From Epithemia pelagica (taxonomy: Eukaryota > Protista > Bacillariophyta): 64,000 nt of DNA. Shown piece after piece: positions 40,415 to 51,833 of this stretch (position 1 is its first letter; every line of letters starts with the position of its first letter). The notes below the pieces were generated by a model. It worked only from the letters and a program-made list of their open reading frames with translations, made no database searches and had not been told where the DNA came from. A program made the position numbers and the translations under genes. The stretch lies in the NCBI GenBank assembly GCA_946965045.2, contig OX337239.1, positions 2,480,001-2,544,000 of the forward strand, written 5' to 3'.

Positions 40415-41140
40415 TGTAAGTATCATTACAGCACCATTTGTACATCTAGCGACTACTGTACTGCAAATCCAAATGTCACATATGGAAACAAGAGTCGGCA
40501 CATGTTTGTAGTCGTCCGATCATCCATCCCTTTACACTTTGGCCGTCATGGTGGGTGGGGAAACAGCGAGTGTCTTTTGGAAGCCAAACAATCTGCTTCT
40601 TTCGTATCCTCCGAAACCAGAGTTGGTGGTGGTGAAAGTGATGATAATGACAATTGCACTTTGGAAATAATGTCGGTGGTTCCATCCGCCTGGATGGAAG
40701 AAGGGACCGTGTGTTGGACCACGACGCGACCGACCCCTTCAATGCGTTCTTGTTCGGAGGGCACATGAGGTTTGTGATCCTCTTGACCCGAACGTCCGAC
40801 GACTCTTGCTGAGCGGCTAATAACCAACATTGGCCGTCACAATGAGCGTTTCTATTACAATGGCCCAGACGGCCGTACCGTGACATGGGCCTGTTCCAGG
40901 TCCTTCTCCGGTGAAATCAAGAAGCAAGAAGGCATACTCGTACTCCTACGAGTCCGGCAAGACAAAAACAGCGTAGGCCGCATCCAGCTCAACGTTAACA
41001 AGAAGCGGAAGCAGTGCATCGGAAATCAATGCCACAACCACGTCTATTCAGAGGATCAAAGTCATCCCGGCCCCAAGACCATCGCCAGCGACCGGCCCGA
41101 GATGGAACCACCGAGACTATTTCCGAGGTCCAATTGTAGC
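40415..41140. pseudogene. Decayed fragments of the adjacent PP2C gene: one direct copy (about 40415-40912, minus strand) and one inverted copy (about 41045-41140, plus strand)
   Basis: 40546-40830 translates EDHKPHVPSEQERIE..VVQHTVPSS..DGTTDIISKVQLS fused straight to the C-terminal PPTLVS.DT.E, and the 3' flank is also duplicated. 41101-41137 matches the reverse complement of 41792-41828 at 34/37 nt. Confidence 0.85.
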
Positions 41141-41246
41141 CATGACAAGTGCTTCGTAAGACTACATGTATCATTACATCCCCATCTGTAAATTTAGCAA
41201 CTATCCTACTGCAATTCCACGGTTGTCGGATTATGCAATCATCCCT

Positions 41247-43709
41247 TTACACTTCGGCTGTTTTGGTGGGTGGGGAAAAGACCAATGTCTTGGCCGCCAA
41301 GCAATCGGCTTCGTCGTCGTCCACTTCTTCGGTATCCTTCGAAACCAGTGTTGGTGGTGCTGCTGGTGGTGACGAGGAGGATGACGAAACGGACAAGGGC
41401 GGTACCTCCATGGCGGCGGGAAAGGCCACCAAGATGACACTTAGATTGTCTCCAGAGTGCCAACACGCTTCGACCAAGGCATGTCCCGTTTGGGCCAACC
41501 AGGCAGTGTTGTTGCGCAACGTGTACAGTTGTCGTTGTTGCGCAGTCACGACAAACTCAGCCACTTGATGATTGGTTTGCACATCCCAAATCCCGTCACA
41601 GGCCAAGACCAAATAGGCATCGACACTTGGTTGTCGCCGGTGGATCGTCACATCGGGAGTACAAATTACGGCCGTTTCCATCGTCGTGGCATCCTCCTCT
41701 TCCTCCTTGTTCGGGTCCTGCTTGCCTGGGTGGTGTTGTTTATATTCAAAATCACCAAAGGCCCGCGAGACGCCCAGTTCTTCGTCGGCCGACAATTGGA
41801 CCTTGGAAATAATCTCGGTCGTTCCATCCTCCTGGTTGGAAGATGGGACCGTGTGTTGGACCACCACGAGACCGGCCCGTTCAATCCGTTCTTGTTCCGA
41901 GGGCACATGAGGTTTGTGATCCTCCGACAAGGCCTTGACCCGAATTTCCGACGACTCTTGTTGAACAAGAATGCACCGCGAATCACCCACATTGGCTGTC
42001 ACAATCAGTGTTTCCGTGACAATGGCCCAGACGGCCGTACATCCACCCGTAACATGAGCCTGTTCAAGGTCCTTCTCCAAGGCTGTGGCAGCGGCCTGAC
42101 AAACCTTGGTCCAGTAGACTTGGGAAGTTGTAGCAGGAGACGTTGTTTCGTTGCTCTCCTTTGCATTCGTTGTGGGTTCCTCTTGTGGTGGTGGCGGATC
42201 GACTACGACCGTGGTGGCAGCATGCGTCAAGGCATCCGGCAAGCGTTGGGCGACCAGGTGTGCGACGGATCCAGTATCGCCATGTCCATCGCAGACCAAA
42301 AAGAGCAATCCATGACAAAAGGGCAAGGGAGTACAGAGGACGGCATCTTCATTGTGGACCCGTTGTCCATCCAAATGGGCCGTCGTATACCACAGGTCCA
42401 AGGCGGGTGCCCGAGCGGTACTAGCAGAATTCGTGGGAGGAGCATGAGTCATTGGACTCGAGGTTGTTGGTGGGTGTGCCGTGGTTGTTGTTGCTGTTGT
42501 TGGTTTCTTTGTGTCGTGTTGTTTTTGGGAGGACAACAACTGATCCAATTGTTGTCGATTTCGCCGTGCTTTGGGATTGGGCGATGTCATGGCAGCGCCC
42601 CATGCCGTTCGGCCCGCCACATCGTAAAGGACCGGCGAACCAAAGGGATGTCGTAGTGGTTTGGTGTGTGTGGCCGGTCTCAAACTCGAACGCACCGTGG
42701 TGGACGCATCGTCGTCGTCGTGTGTTTCCTTTTGGCTTGGCATGTCGTTTGGGTCCTCCATGGTGGGTGTGGCTTGGTCCGTTTCGTGGTGTTGTTCTTG
42801 TGGTGAATCCGGTTGCAACAAGGCCTGTTCCTGTTGCTGCAAAAATTCCACCATGGCAATAGATCCATGGGTGGCGGCAATGTGCAGTGCCGTTTGTCCA
42901 TACAAATTCGTTTGGACCAAGAGATCTTGTGCAACGCCTTGTTCCACCGCGTAGTGCCACACGAGTTTGGCGGCATTGACTTGGTTCGCCACGGCCGTGG
43001 CTTGTAATGGTGTACAACCATCGGGACAGAGCGCTGCCAAATTCCAACTGCGTCCTTGCACCAAGAGATTGGGTTCGGAATAGTGGGTGGCGGTCAATCG
43101 TTGTTGGTTGATGCGCAAAATCGAGTGAATCTTTTCGACCCATTTGTCGGCAAAGGGTTTGGCGCCACTACTACTACAGTATTGAAAGAGCCGAGAGGCA
43201 TCCTTTTGAACCGCGGCATTGCGGAGCGGCATCAAGGCCGTGTCACGACTGGCTTCCAAAATGTGTTGCGACACCTCCCAATCCATTCCTCTCCATCCTT
43301 GGAACCGGTCGACGGAGGTTGCTTCGGTAGCTTCTTGTTGTGGTTGTTGGTGTTGGGATGGTCCAGGGGTGTGAGCAGTGGGACTCAAAGGGGAACTGCA
43401 GTCGTTGTCGTTTTCGTCTTGTTGTTGTGGCCCCGTGTTTCGACGACGAGGATTCCACTTGACTGGTGTCGGTGACAAGAAAATGGTGGTCATTTCTTCT
43501 CGACTGTTGGCGCGGCGACGGTTGGGCGAGGAGGAGCATCGTCCTTGGGCGGCAGCACCAGTACTACTAGGAGGACTGGCAGCAAAGTGTGGATCGGGAG
43601 CAATCCATTGCCACTCCTGTCCTGGTTCGTCGTCCTCCGTATCATTGTTGTAGTGTCGATCGGGTGCCAGCCATTGACCCAAACCGCGTTCCAACCATTG
43701 CGCTAACAT
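41247..43709 (-). CDS. Ankyrin-repeat + PP2C (PPM) protein phosphatase
   Basis: Ankyrin GCTPLQATA and GQTALHIAATHGSIAMVEFL. PP2C motifs NEDA, LFLVCDGHG, GGCTA, ANVGDSRC, LSEDHKP, LGVSRAFGD, LVLACDGIWDV and GDNLSVILV. Confidence 0.95.
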   Translation of the reverse strand: MLAQWLERGLGQWLAPDRHYNNDTEDDEPGQEWQWIAPDPHFAASPPSSTGAAAQGRCSSSPNRRRANSREEMTTIFLSPTPVKWNPRRRNTGPQQQDENDNDCSSPLSPTAHTPGPSQHQQPQQEATEATSVDRFQGWRGMDWEVSQHILEASRDTALMPLRNAAVQKDASRLFQYCSSSGAKPFADKWVEKIHSILRINQQRLTATHYSEPNLLVQGRSWNLAALCPDGCTPLQATAVANQVNAAKLVWHYAVEQGVAQDLLVQTNLYGQTALHIAATHGSIAMVEFLQQQEQALLQPDSPQEQHHETDQATPTMEDPNDMPSQKETHDDDDASTTVRSSLRPATHTKPLRHPFGSPVLYDVAGRTAWGAAMTSPNPKARRNRQQLDQLLSSQKQHDTKKPTTATTTTAHPPTTSSPMTHAPPTNSASTARAPALDLWYTTAHLDGQRVHNEDAVLCTPLPFCHGLLFLVCDGHGDTGSVAHLVAQRLPDALTHAATTVVVDPPPPQEEPTTNAKESNETTSPATTSQVYWTKVCQAAATALEKDLEQAHVTGGCTAVWAIVTETLIVTANVGDSRCILVQQESSEIRVKALSEDHKPHVPSEQERIERAGLVVVQHTVPSSNQEDGTTEIISKVQLSADEELGVSRAFGDFEYKQHHPGKQDPNKEEEEDATTMETAVICTPDVTIHRRQPSVDAYLVLACDGIWDVQTNHQVAEFVVTAQQRQLYTLRNNTAWLAQTGHALVEACWHSGDNLSVILVAFPAAMEVPPLSVSSSSSSPPAAPPTLVSKDTEEVDDDEADCLAAKTLVFSPPTKTAEV

Positions 43710-44276
43710 GATGATAGAAGGAGAATGATGATAATGCTTGTGGTGGTACTTGTGTGAATGGTCTTCCCTCTTCTTTCTTCTCTCGCCTCTTGTCTACTTT
43801 TGATGGTTTCTCTTCAGAAACTTCTTCTCGTGTCAAAAGGCTGCGTTGTGTCACACAGCAACCATCAATCGCGGTTGCCCCAACGGTTCGTAACCAAAGA
43901 ATCCGTTGCACGCTCGCCATAGCTCGTGCCGGCGCAGATCCCGAGCCGACCGACCGACACGGTTCAGCGAGCGACTGGGACACCCGAAGGACAAGAGGAG
44001 GACGCGTTCGCTCGCTCGTTTTTTCCAAAAAAAACACAACACTCCCAGATTCTGTTCAACTCTTGGATGGAGCAATGGATGCCAAGAGCGGGAGAGGAGG
44101 AGGAGCATGATCGACAGTGACGCCGCTTGTCTTGGAACAACAACGTCATTCCACAAGCGAACGACTTTGAAAGACTAGGAGATTCTCTTCTTTGATTTGG
44201 ATCTAGACGTGCAGACGTGTTGCCAAAGCATTAGAACCGACCCTAGGGCACCACAACTGCCGGAACCATCATCCTC

Positions 44277-46163
44277 ATGTGTACACCAGTAGGAGTGGCG
44301 TCGGAAGAGCCAGAGCCATCCTGGAACAAAAACAAGGGGCGTGACACTTCCACCAACACGGACAAGGGGGAGAACGAACCGCTCTGCCACAATGACCAAC
44401 GAAAGAGGGAACCAACAAGAACGAATGCTGTTTCTACCAAAACTGCCACAACTGCCACCACCCAGGACAACGACAAGGCTCCCTCGGGCCTGTCGGCAGC
44501 GGCGGGCTTTACGAGCCGTTGGATCTTGTATTTGAGGGACGCCCTTTGTTTGGGGGCCTTTGTCCTGGTCTTGGTACCAGGCTTTGTTCGGTTTGCCTGG
44601 TATTACTTTGTCACGGCTCGGGGCACCTCACGTCGCTATGGCACCGAGTCTCATCGACAATCGGTCGATGTCTATTACGATTGTTCGTCTTCTTCTTCTT
44701 CTTCTTCTTCTTCTTTGTGTGGCCGTTCAAACCATTCCGAGCATAAAGTGTCGTGGTGGTGGTGGTGGTCGAGTCGTCACCCGACACGAACCGACAACGA
44801 CCAGGACGAAAAAGATGATACCTCGCAACACTCGACGACGTCGTGTTCCGACTCGACCGATTCGTTCCAGTCTCATTCCGAGACTACTGCTCCTTCTCCT
44901 ATTCGTCATGGTCGTCCCGTGGTACTCTTTTTTCCCGGTGGTGCTTGGATGATTGGTCACAAAATGTGGGCCGCCTTGACGGCACGGGTCTTGACGCAGT
45001 TTGGGATTGTCACCGTGGTGGCCGATTATCGCAATCATCCCTTTTGGCTCTTTGGATCCAGTCGACAACGAGTTCCACAAATTCCCGACATGGTCGACGA
45101 TGTCTCCCGGGCCATGGAATGGACCGTGACTCATGTGGCAGAATTTGGAGGAGATCCCCACCGCATGGTTGTGGTGGGACAATCGGCCGGGGGACATTTG
45201 CTCACCACGGCACTCTTGCATCAAGCCATGGCAGTCCAGAAGCAACAACAAGAACGAGAACAGCAACATCCACAAGAAGAGTCATCCGGTTCCCAACCAG
45301 AACTGCTACAACCACTACCCGGCGATTCCTCCTCCTCCTCCTCTGGTCCGGACGACTCGTCTTCTCCTCCTGGTGGTACGACTCGTAGTACTAGTACTAC
45401 CACAAGAACAACATGGCGTCCCACAGATCTTTGTGGAATAATTTCCGTTTCGGCACCCTACCATTTTGCCATTATGGAACAAACCTTTGGTCGTCATGGA
45501 TTGGATCCATCCGTCTTGCAAGCCATGTTTCAACGTCATGCCGTGGAAGCGTACGATCCCCTCCTACTGGTGCAACGACACTCACAACACTCACAATCAC
45601 AACGACAATCACAACGACAACAATCACGACAACAATCACGACAAGACGGATTGTCGTTGCCACCCATTCAACTCTGGCACGGGGCGCAAGATGCCACGGT
45701 CCCCTGGCAATCGGCACAACTCTTTGCCCAAGCCTTGCAGCAACAACAACAACAACCAGCATTGGACACGGCCGTCGAGTTTTGTTTGTATCCGGAATGG
45801 ACCCATACCGATGCCATTTTGGAAGGACCACTCAGTGGGTGTCATGACTTTCATCGAGACTTGGTTCAGTGTGTACAACGCTGGACCAGAAAGAAACACA
45901 AGAGTCCATCCACCATTCACCAGCAGCACCAGGATAACGACAACGACAACGACGACACGAACAACAACAGCAACAACAACAAGAAAAGTCGAGGAAACGA
46001 GGGACATGCCATACTACAAGACGACGACGGGGACACTAAGGAACAAGAGTATGATGATGAGAACGACACAGTGTTGCAGTGGGACGACAATCATTTCATT
46101 CTCAAACCCATGTGGTGTCCACGGACATTGGCCAAGCTGGCTCGTTTCTTGATTCCCTTTTAA
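44277..46163 (+). CDS. Alpha/beta hydrolase, isoprenylcysteine methylesterase (ICME)-like
   Basis: TM segment; PVVLFFPGGAWMIGHK; VADYRN; nucleophile elbow GQSAGGH; LWHGAQDATVP; WTHTDAILEGP. Confidence 0.88.
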   Translation: MCTPVGVASEEPEPSWNKNKGRDTSTNTDKGENEPLCHNDQRKREPTRTNAVSTKTATTATTQDNDKAPSGLSAAAGFTSRWILYLRDALCLGAFVLVLVPGFVRFAWYYFVTARGTSRRYGTESHRQSVDVYYDCSSSSSSSSSSLCGRSNHSEHKVSWWWWWSSRHPTRTDNDQDEKDDTSQHSTTSCSDSTDSFQSHSETTAPSPIRHGRPVVLFFPGGAWMIGHKMWAALTARVLTQFGIVTVVADYRNHPFWLFGSSRQRVPQIPDMVDDVSRAMEWTVTHVAEFGGDPHRMVVVGQSAGGHLLTTALLHQAMAVQKQQQEREQQHPQEESSGSQPELLQPLPGDSSSSSSGPDDSSSPPGGTTRSTSTTTRTTWRPTDLCGIISVSAPYHFAIMEQTFGRHGLDPSVLQAMFQRHAVEAYDPLLLVQRHSQHSQSQRQSQRQQSRQQSRQDGLSLPPIQLWHGAQDATVPWQSAQLFAQALQQQQQQPALDTAVEFCLYPEWTHTDAILEGPLSGCHDFHRDLVQCVQRWTRKKHKSPSTIHQQHQDNDNDNDDTNNNSNNNKKSRGNEGHAILQDDDGDTKEQEYDDENDTVLQWDDNHFILKPMWCPRTLAKLARFLIPF

Positions 46164-46616
46164 AAGCAACAACAACAACAACAGCAGCAGAAAGAATTGC
46201 TAAAAAGCCATGTCAAGCATCATGGCGTTTGGTGAATGTTCTAGAATGTGGCAAGTGGTTCGGCAACCCGAGGGTCAGGCAAATGATCCTGTTCTACTAG
46301 GCAGAACTTGGAACAAGAGTTTGGGAGGAGGACAAACGCCGGTTGCCATGTAAATGTGATGTGTGTGTTTCCATGTATGTGTACCTACCTAGAGGTAGTG
46401 TGTTGGATGATGATGTATCAACGAATGACATTCAGTGTTAAAGTAAAGCAGGTTATGGTAACACTTGTTTTTCATGGATGTGTGACTCCCTTGCGATACA
46501 ATCGTTGACCAAGGACGATCATCGCACGGCAGGAATGGGTTACCCAATAGCTACGCTTCGAATCGCCGCCAGGCGCTGTTCTAGTTGGGCGTTGAATGCC
46601 TACAATCTAATATGGG

Positions 46617-46633
46617 TACTCCTAGTAGGAGTA
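46617..46633. promoter_or_regulatory. Palindromic TACTCCTA-G-TAGGAGTA, a dimer of the intergenic-enriched octamer
   Basis: Read directly. The octamer occurs at least 17 times in non-coding DNA versus once in CDS (manual count). Function unknown. Confidence 0.4.
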
Positions 46634-46878
46634 AGTCGTTCCATCAACTACCTACTCGAGACCGTTTGCAACCGAGCATTGAGGTCTACACGGACACGAA
46701 TGGATCCACAAACTCTACAAAGTAACATGATTCAAATATTGTTCTATTCACTGTTGTACACAAACCTCCCGTTTCGTTCTGTCATATCCCCGTATATCCT
46801 CTTGCGTTCGCCTCTGGTCTGTTCCACTGCCCGACAGACAGTAGAGGTGCAGTTGCGTCGTGTTGTTCGGATTGACGG

Positions 46879-48021
46879 TTACTCGAACCAGAGTTGATTG
46901 ACTTTGGGTTGGAGCAACATGCTGGGTCGACGCATGAGAATATTCAATCCCAACACAGCCGTGGGAATATCTTCCGGATTCACCCCAGCACTATTGGATG
47001 ACGACGTCGTCATCATGGTTTTGAGGGCCGTCAAGCCGGGCACATTGCCGACATACCAATCGGAGGTTCCAAAATCGACACTCTCTCCGGCAGTTTGACC
47101 GCTAATTTGAACTGATGCGGGATCGGCCGATTGAATCAAATCGAGCGGCCGACCATTCTCACCCGCTACAGTGAGTTTTTCTCCCAACATGGCATTGGGT
47201 TGGGCCTTGGGTGTGACACTGGCCCGTTGGGCCGCATCGGTACTGAGAATGGAAATGGGCGATCCGGTATCGAGCAAGGCCGTCATGGGGACTCCATTGA
47301 CTGTGATTTTGACCAAGGGCGATTGGGTCGTGGACAAGCGGAGTAGAGGCACACGGGTGCGGCCCGCCACCAAGCGCGACGGCATGCGGCTGCCACCCAC
47401 AAAGGTAATGGTCGGCGATCGTGTCACTTGACCGCTGGCTGGATTGACAATGCCCCAGCCAAAATCGATACCATCAAAGGCTTGTAAAAAGGCCATGCTC
47501 AAGGTTCCTGCCGTCGAGGGATTGGAAACTGGCAAGGTGGACGCCGTCAAGTCGGTCATGAAAATTGGAACTTGTCCATCCAATTGCGTATCTCCCAACA
47601 TGTACGTGGCCGTTGTGGCAGAGCCTGCACCACCTCCAATCGTGGGCATGGCCGTTCCCACCGAAGATAATTCCAAGGCGGACACAATGGGTTGGGCAAT
47701 GGTATTGGCATTCGTGGCCGTGGCCAGAACAAAATCCAAACTCACACCGGCCTTGCCTTGTTGTCGTTGATTGGCCGTGGCCAAGTTCGGAAAGCGGAGT
47801 GCCAAACACGCATAGGCGCCCACATATTTGAGCGGCGCCGTCACTTGCAAGCTTTCGCTTCCATCCACGGTTTCGGACGAAATATTGTCCTTTGCCGCCG
47901 GAGACGACGACGACGACAGGGCCGTCGTGGTACCGGTGGTTCCGAATGGAGAAGTGGCGTGAACAAATCCAAAGGTTGGAATTGCACCCGTCAAAAACAA
48001 GAGGGTGTGGATAAGCTTCAT
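46879..48021 (-). CDS. Plastid-targeted double-domain retropepsin-like aspartic protease; first catalytic Asp apparently replaced
   Basis: Signal peptide ending TFG-FVH; C-terminal ALLDTGSPISIL and AVLGLNIL; N-terminal counterpart DFVLATATNANTI and GTLSMAFL. Confidence 0.8.
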   Translation of the reverse strand: MKLIHTLLFLTGAIPTFGFVHATSPFGTTGTTTALSSSSSPAAKDNISSETVDGSESLQVTAPLKYVGAYACLALRFPNLATANQRQQGKAGVSLDFVLATATNANTIAQPIVSALELSSVGTAMPTIGGGAGSATTATYMLGDTQLDGQVPIFMTDLTASTLPVSNPSTAGTLSMAFLQAFDGIDFGWGIVNPASGQVTRSPTITFVGGSRMPSRLVAGRTRVPLLRLSTTQSPLVKITVNGVPMTALLDTGSPISILSTDAAQRASVTPKAQPNAMLGEKLTVAGENGRPLDLIQSADPASVQISGQTAGESVDFGTSDWYVGNVPGLTALKTMMTTSSSNSAGVNPEDIPTAVLGLNILMRRPSMLLQPKVNQLWFE

Positions 48022-48475
48022 GGTTCCTTCCTGCTGCTCTCTGGAGTAGTATGGAGCGGCGAATCAAAGACGTGGTATTATAGACTTGACACCCTTTCAC
48101 AACAAAGTTTAATGATACAAAGATGCAGACCACGCAAAGATCTTTTTGACCGGTGACGGGATGAGTCAGTCATGGATCATTTCGTGGATTCCGTGACTCA
48201 GTGTTCGCAGCGGGATGGAACGGACACCTTAGGATAACATGCTTTAGTAATACGGATACGACCGCTAGAGATTGGTCTGTGTCTGCTGACCTGCTTCCGT
48301 TTCGATGGACTGTGAATCTTTTGCAAGGTTCCTGCCGTGATGAGGCATCAGCGGATGATGAGACATTGTTTTGTGTCCAATCACAGAACGAATCTCAAAA
48401 CTCAACAACAACACTGGAAGAATTGTTTTGGATACGCCGTCTCAATATTTCTTTCCTATTGGAATACGCGAGAGA

Positions 48476-50599
48476 TCAAGGCCCCTTTTGTTTCGCTCCC
48501 TTTTGATTCTCTGTTAGTTCGGAATAAAAGACATAGTCCGGCGACTGAAAGTAGCCAACATCTCGTTTCACAAAGACAAGTTTCTTGTTCCAATTGGTCT
48601 TGTTCTGGGGGTCTTGACAATGATGGAGTTTGTAATGACGTTGGGCATTGTTGAGGGCATGAATCAAGGTACAGACCGAAAAGGCTTGTCGAACATTGTA
48701 AGTGGGGTCCGTCGAGGACCGATTCGTTCGGGTGTCGGTGACCAACCACGAGGCAGTAAACTGATTGGCCACATTCACGGGTGGGTTGGCCAACCGGGGA
48801 GCCTTGCACGACAATATGTTGGAAGGCATTTTGTATTTGCCAAAAAAGTACGGACCCCAATTGTATCGTTGGCAATAATGAAAGACGCGCGGGAGAATCA
48901 ATTCGGCTCGTTGCTCTGGTGTATAATTTGGAAACGAGTTGGAACAAATGGCCGCAAGATGAGGATTCATGGTTGCGGTCGATACAGCCGTTGCCCGGTT
49001 GCCTTGTGTGCCCGTTTCTCCCAGCAAGTTTGTCTTCTTGTTGCGCTCCGTGTTGGTCGTATTCGTGCTCGTGTGATTGGGCATGGTGGCCAGTGTTTCG
49101 ACCAGATACCATCCTTCGGAAAATTTGGCATCGATCGACGACACCATAAAGGTCCGAGCCGTTTGATGGGGCAATTGCAAATGAGCTGCTGCCAAACAAT
49201 AGGCAAACATTTCGGCCAACAAATGGGGATATTGGTCATGGACACGGGGGACAAATTCACTCCATTGTCGGGCAATGGCATAAAAATCTCGTGCCGTGGC
49301 AATGTAGGGCGGACCAACAATGTAGGATTTTTGGGCTTGGTTGTGGGTCAGTTGGTCGACCGGGGAGGGTCCATCCAGGTCAACCAGAGGACCAAGCAAT
49401 TGACTGGTATTCACTTGCTTTTTCCATTGCAAGGAAAAGCCATACATTTGTCCCATGGGTGCGCCATGTCGAATGGCCGTTTGTGGCGATTCCTTGGCAC
49501 CCAAAAACTTCCATCCATCGTGTGAAAAGTCATTGTTCACAAAGGGCTCCAAGATTATTTGATCCGGGTCCAAGAGAATGACAATCGTATCGTCGTGCTG
49601 GGGATTTTCCTTGGCCATGGTTGTGTGGATTGTCGCTGTTTGCTTCTCGCGTGTTGCTGGGTTCTTAGTGTTAGTCGCGGCGGCATATTTTACAGTTTGG
49701 GTCTGTAGGGTGGTATAGGAGTATCCCAAAGCGTGTTCCATCCAATGAAGCGTTCCCAGTGGCTTGTTGAAATACTTGTACGGTCGAACCTGCGGTTTCA
49801 AGTATTGTCCATAATCGGGCGTAAAGTGAATATGAAAACGATCCTGACCCTTCATGGGTTCTTGAATTGTGGTACGAAACCATTCTCGCATGGATGCCTC
49901 TTCGTGAGCCGTGCGACAACCCGACACGATGCGTGTCACATTGCCTGGTTGACCCGATGTATAGACATGGTAAAAGAAGAGATAGGATTGCCAATCTTGC
50001 GATTGCGAACAGGCAGTCGAAAAGACGAGATGATACTGGACCGGCGTTGCTGTTGTTGTTGTCGTCGTCGAATGATTGGATGGAACCTCCTTTTTCGGCT
50101 CATGAATAATTTTGTAGTAGTCAGTGGGCGAATACGCAACGTCGCTCAGAGGATTAAATGGATCATTTGGATGTTGTTCTTTGGTTTGTTCTCGGAGTTG
50201 CTTTTCTAGTAGTAGTTGTTGCTGTTGCTGCAGCAAGGCCGGATGTGCCAAATGTCCAGTCGTTTGCAAGTCGTGGTGCGAAGGAACGACAACATGCAAC
50301 CCCGCTTGAAGAATGACTCCCAAAGTCAAGAGTGGGACCAACAAGGCGACTCGCAAGACCATCAAGGGCGGTCCTTTGTTGTTGTTGTGCGATCGAGGAT
50401 GGTTTGTATTCGGAGGAGCAGTGCTGGATTGGCCAGCGGCCGAAGGGACTCGCTTCGATCCATCCAGTGTATTAGATCGAACGGCTTCTTTCCTTGTTGT
50501 ACTACCGCTACCAGTCAGGCCGGATGACTTTGCCGACGAACGGGTTGAAGAATTTGCGTCCGAGGAGGAGACCACGGACAAAGTCTTGCGTTGTTGCAT
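48476..50599 (-). CDS. Type II membrane glycosyltransferase, peptidyl-serine galactosyltransferase/HPAT (SRGT1-like) family
   Basis: TM (VALLVPLLTLGVILQAGL); YHLVFSTACSQSQDWQS; GNVTRIVSGC; YFNKPLG..HW; ILLDPDQ (DxD); VGPPYIA; LLAEMFAYCLAAAHL; FHYCQRY. Confidence 0.85.
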   Translation of the reverse strand: MQQRKTLSVVSSSDANSSTRSSAKSSGLTGSGSTTRKEAVRSNTLDGSKRVPSAAGQSSTAPPNTNHPRSHNNNKGPPLMVLRVALLVPLLTLGVILQAGLHVVVPSHHDLQTTGHLAHPALLQQQQQLLLEKQLREQTKEQHPNDPFNPLSDVAYSPTDYYKIIHEPKKEVPSNHSTTTTTTATPVQYHLVFSTACSQSQDWQSYLFFYHVYTSGQPGNVTRIVSGCRTAHEEASMREWFRTTIQEPMKGQDRFHIHFTPDYGQYLKPQVRPYKYFNKPLGTLHWMEHALGYSYTTLQTQTVKYAAATNTKNPATREKQTATIHTTMAKENPQHDDTIVILLDPDQIILEPFVNNDFSHDGWKFLGAKESPQTAIRHGAPMGQMYGFSLQWKKQVNTSQLLGPLVDLDGPSPVDQLTHNQAQKSYIVGPPYIATARDFYAIARQWSEFVPRVHDQYPHLLAEMFAYCLAAAHLQLPHQTARTFMVSSIDAKFSEGWYLVETLATMPNHTSTNTTNTERNKKTNLLGETGTQGNRATAVSTATMNPHLAAICSNSFPNYTPEQRAELILPRVFHYCQRYNWGPYFFGKYKMPSNILSCKAPRLANPPVNVANQFTASWLVTDTRTNRSSTDPTYNVRQAFSVCTLIHALNNAQRHYKLHHCQDPQNKTNWNKKLVFVKRDVGYFQSPDYVFYSELTENQKGAKQKGP

Positions 50600-51833
50600 G
50601 GCCGACAACGTTTTCACCTCTTCCTTCTTTTTCTATGTGCCTTGATTTACAACGTCCTCGTGAGCTTGTCTGTGGTCGGGATCATGTTCTATCCCCATAA
50701 AAGAGACCTCCCTCGTCGATCTGTCGATATGTGTCATGGTTGAGTTTGGATGCCGATCTTACTATAGGTGTAAAGTGTAGTCGGAAGTGTACGGTTGAGT
50801 GTCCGAAGTAATGTCATTCCTCTGTCCATGTCATCGAGTCGTCTATTCACAATACTACCCAGAGTCAATGTTTATTGAAAAGTTTGTTTACCATTATATA
50901 AATCTTAATAAAAACGATGGAAAAAGTAAGATGTTGCATGACATGCAATTCTCTCGTCTCTGTTTTTTACAATAGAGGGACGATTCAATGAGAATGAGAC
51001 CACTGATCATACTTTCATGTTCATCACTGGGTCCGGTTTTCGCTCTTTCGAGGCAATGATCCTCGTCTTCTGGGTACCAGATCACAAGAAAAGAACGAGA
51101 GTCCCATGGTCCGAGCAGTATAGCTCATCATGACGATCAGTAGTGGTTCTCTTTCGAGAAATCTCATTGCTTGTGGAGGAAGGTTGACTTATTGTCAAGG
51201 CTTGGACCCCCGTACTTCTTCTTGTAGTTGCACTACTCGGGTCGACAAAGTGTGCACGTCGTCGCCACAACAGCAAATACTCGGCAGCCACCAAGAGCAG
51301 ATAAATGCCTGTCAACACATGGAGTGCCATGCGGGCATTGGGGCCAAAAGCCTGCTTGGGCCGATAAAAAATTTCCGTCGTATGCCACGCACGTGACCAA
51401 GCTGCTTGCATGGAACCACTCGTCCGGGGGACTCATGCCACCTCTAGAGAACACAAACACACCACCAACCAAAGATGGCAAAACAAAGATGGCTAATCCG
51501 TTGGACCAACCATTGGTTCGCAACGCCAGAATTCCTTGTTGGGTGACAAGAACCAAACAAGAAGTTGAGACTGTGGAAGGCAACTCTCGCAACGCCTCTA
51601 CTACGATTAGACCAACCTTCCAAGATGTCTCTCTAAATTGATCATTGAATTTAGACATGACACCAGTAGTAAGAAAAACAAAACAGCCTCTTTCCTCCTA
51701 GCAGCGGCTGGGTTGCCATTGGAGAGAACGTCTGTTTTGGATTTCGAGCTTGTTTTTAGAACGCAAGAAACACAAGAACTGCTTCGTCCTGATCCCTTGG
51801 TGGCCTGTTTGCTCTGAGTTTTGAGAGTCACGT

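Noticed and set aside
50894-51658. Three overlapping minus-strand ORFs with one hydrophobic stretch
   Set aside because: No frame-consistent splice model or recognisable family; at best a degraded gene.
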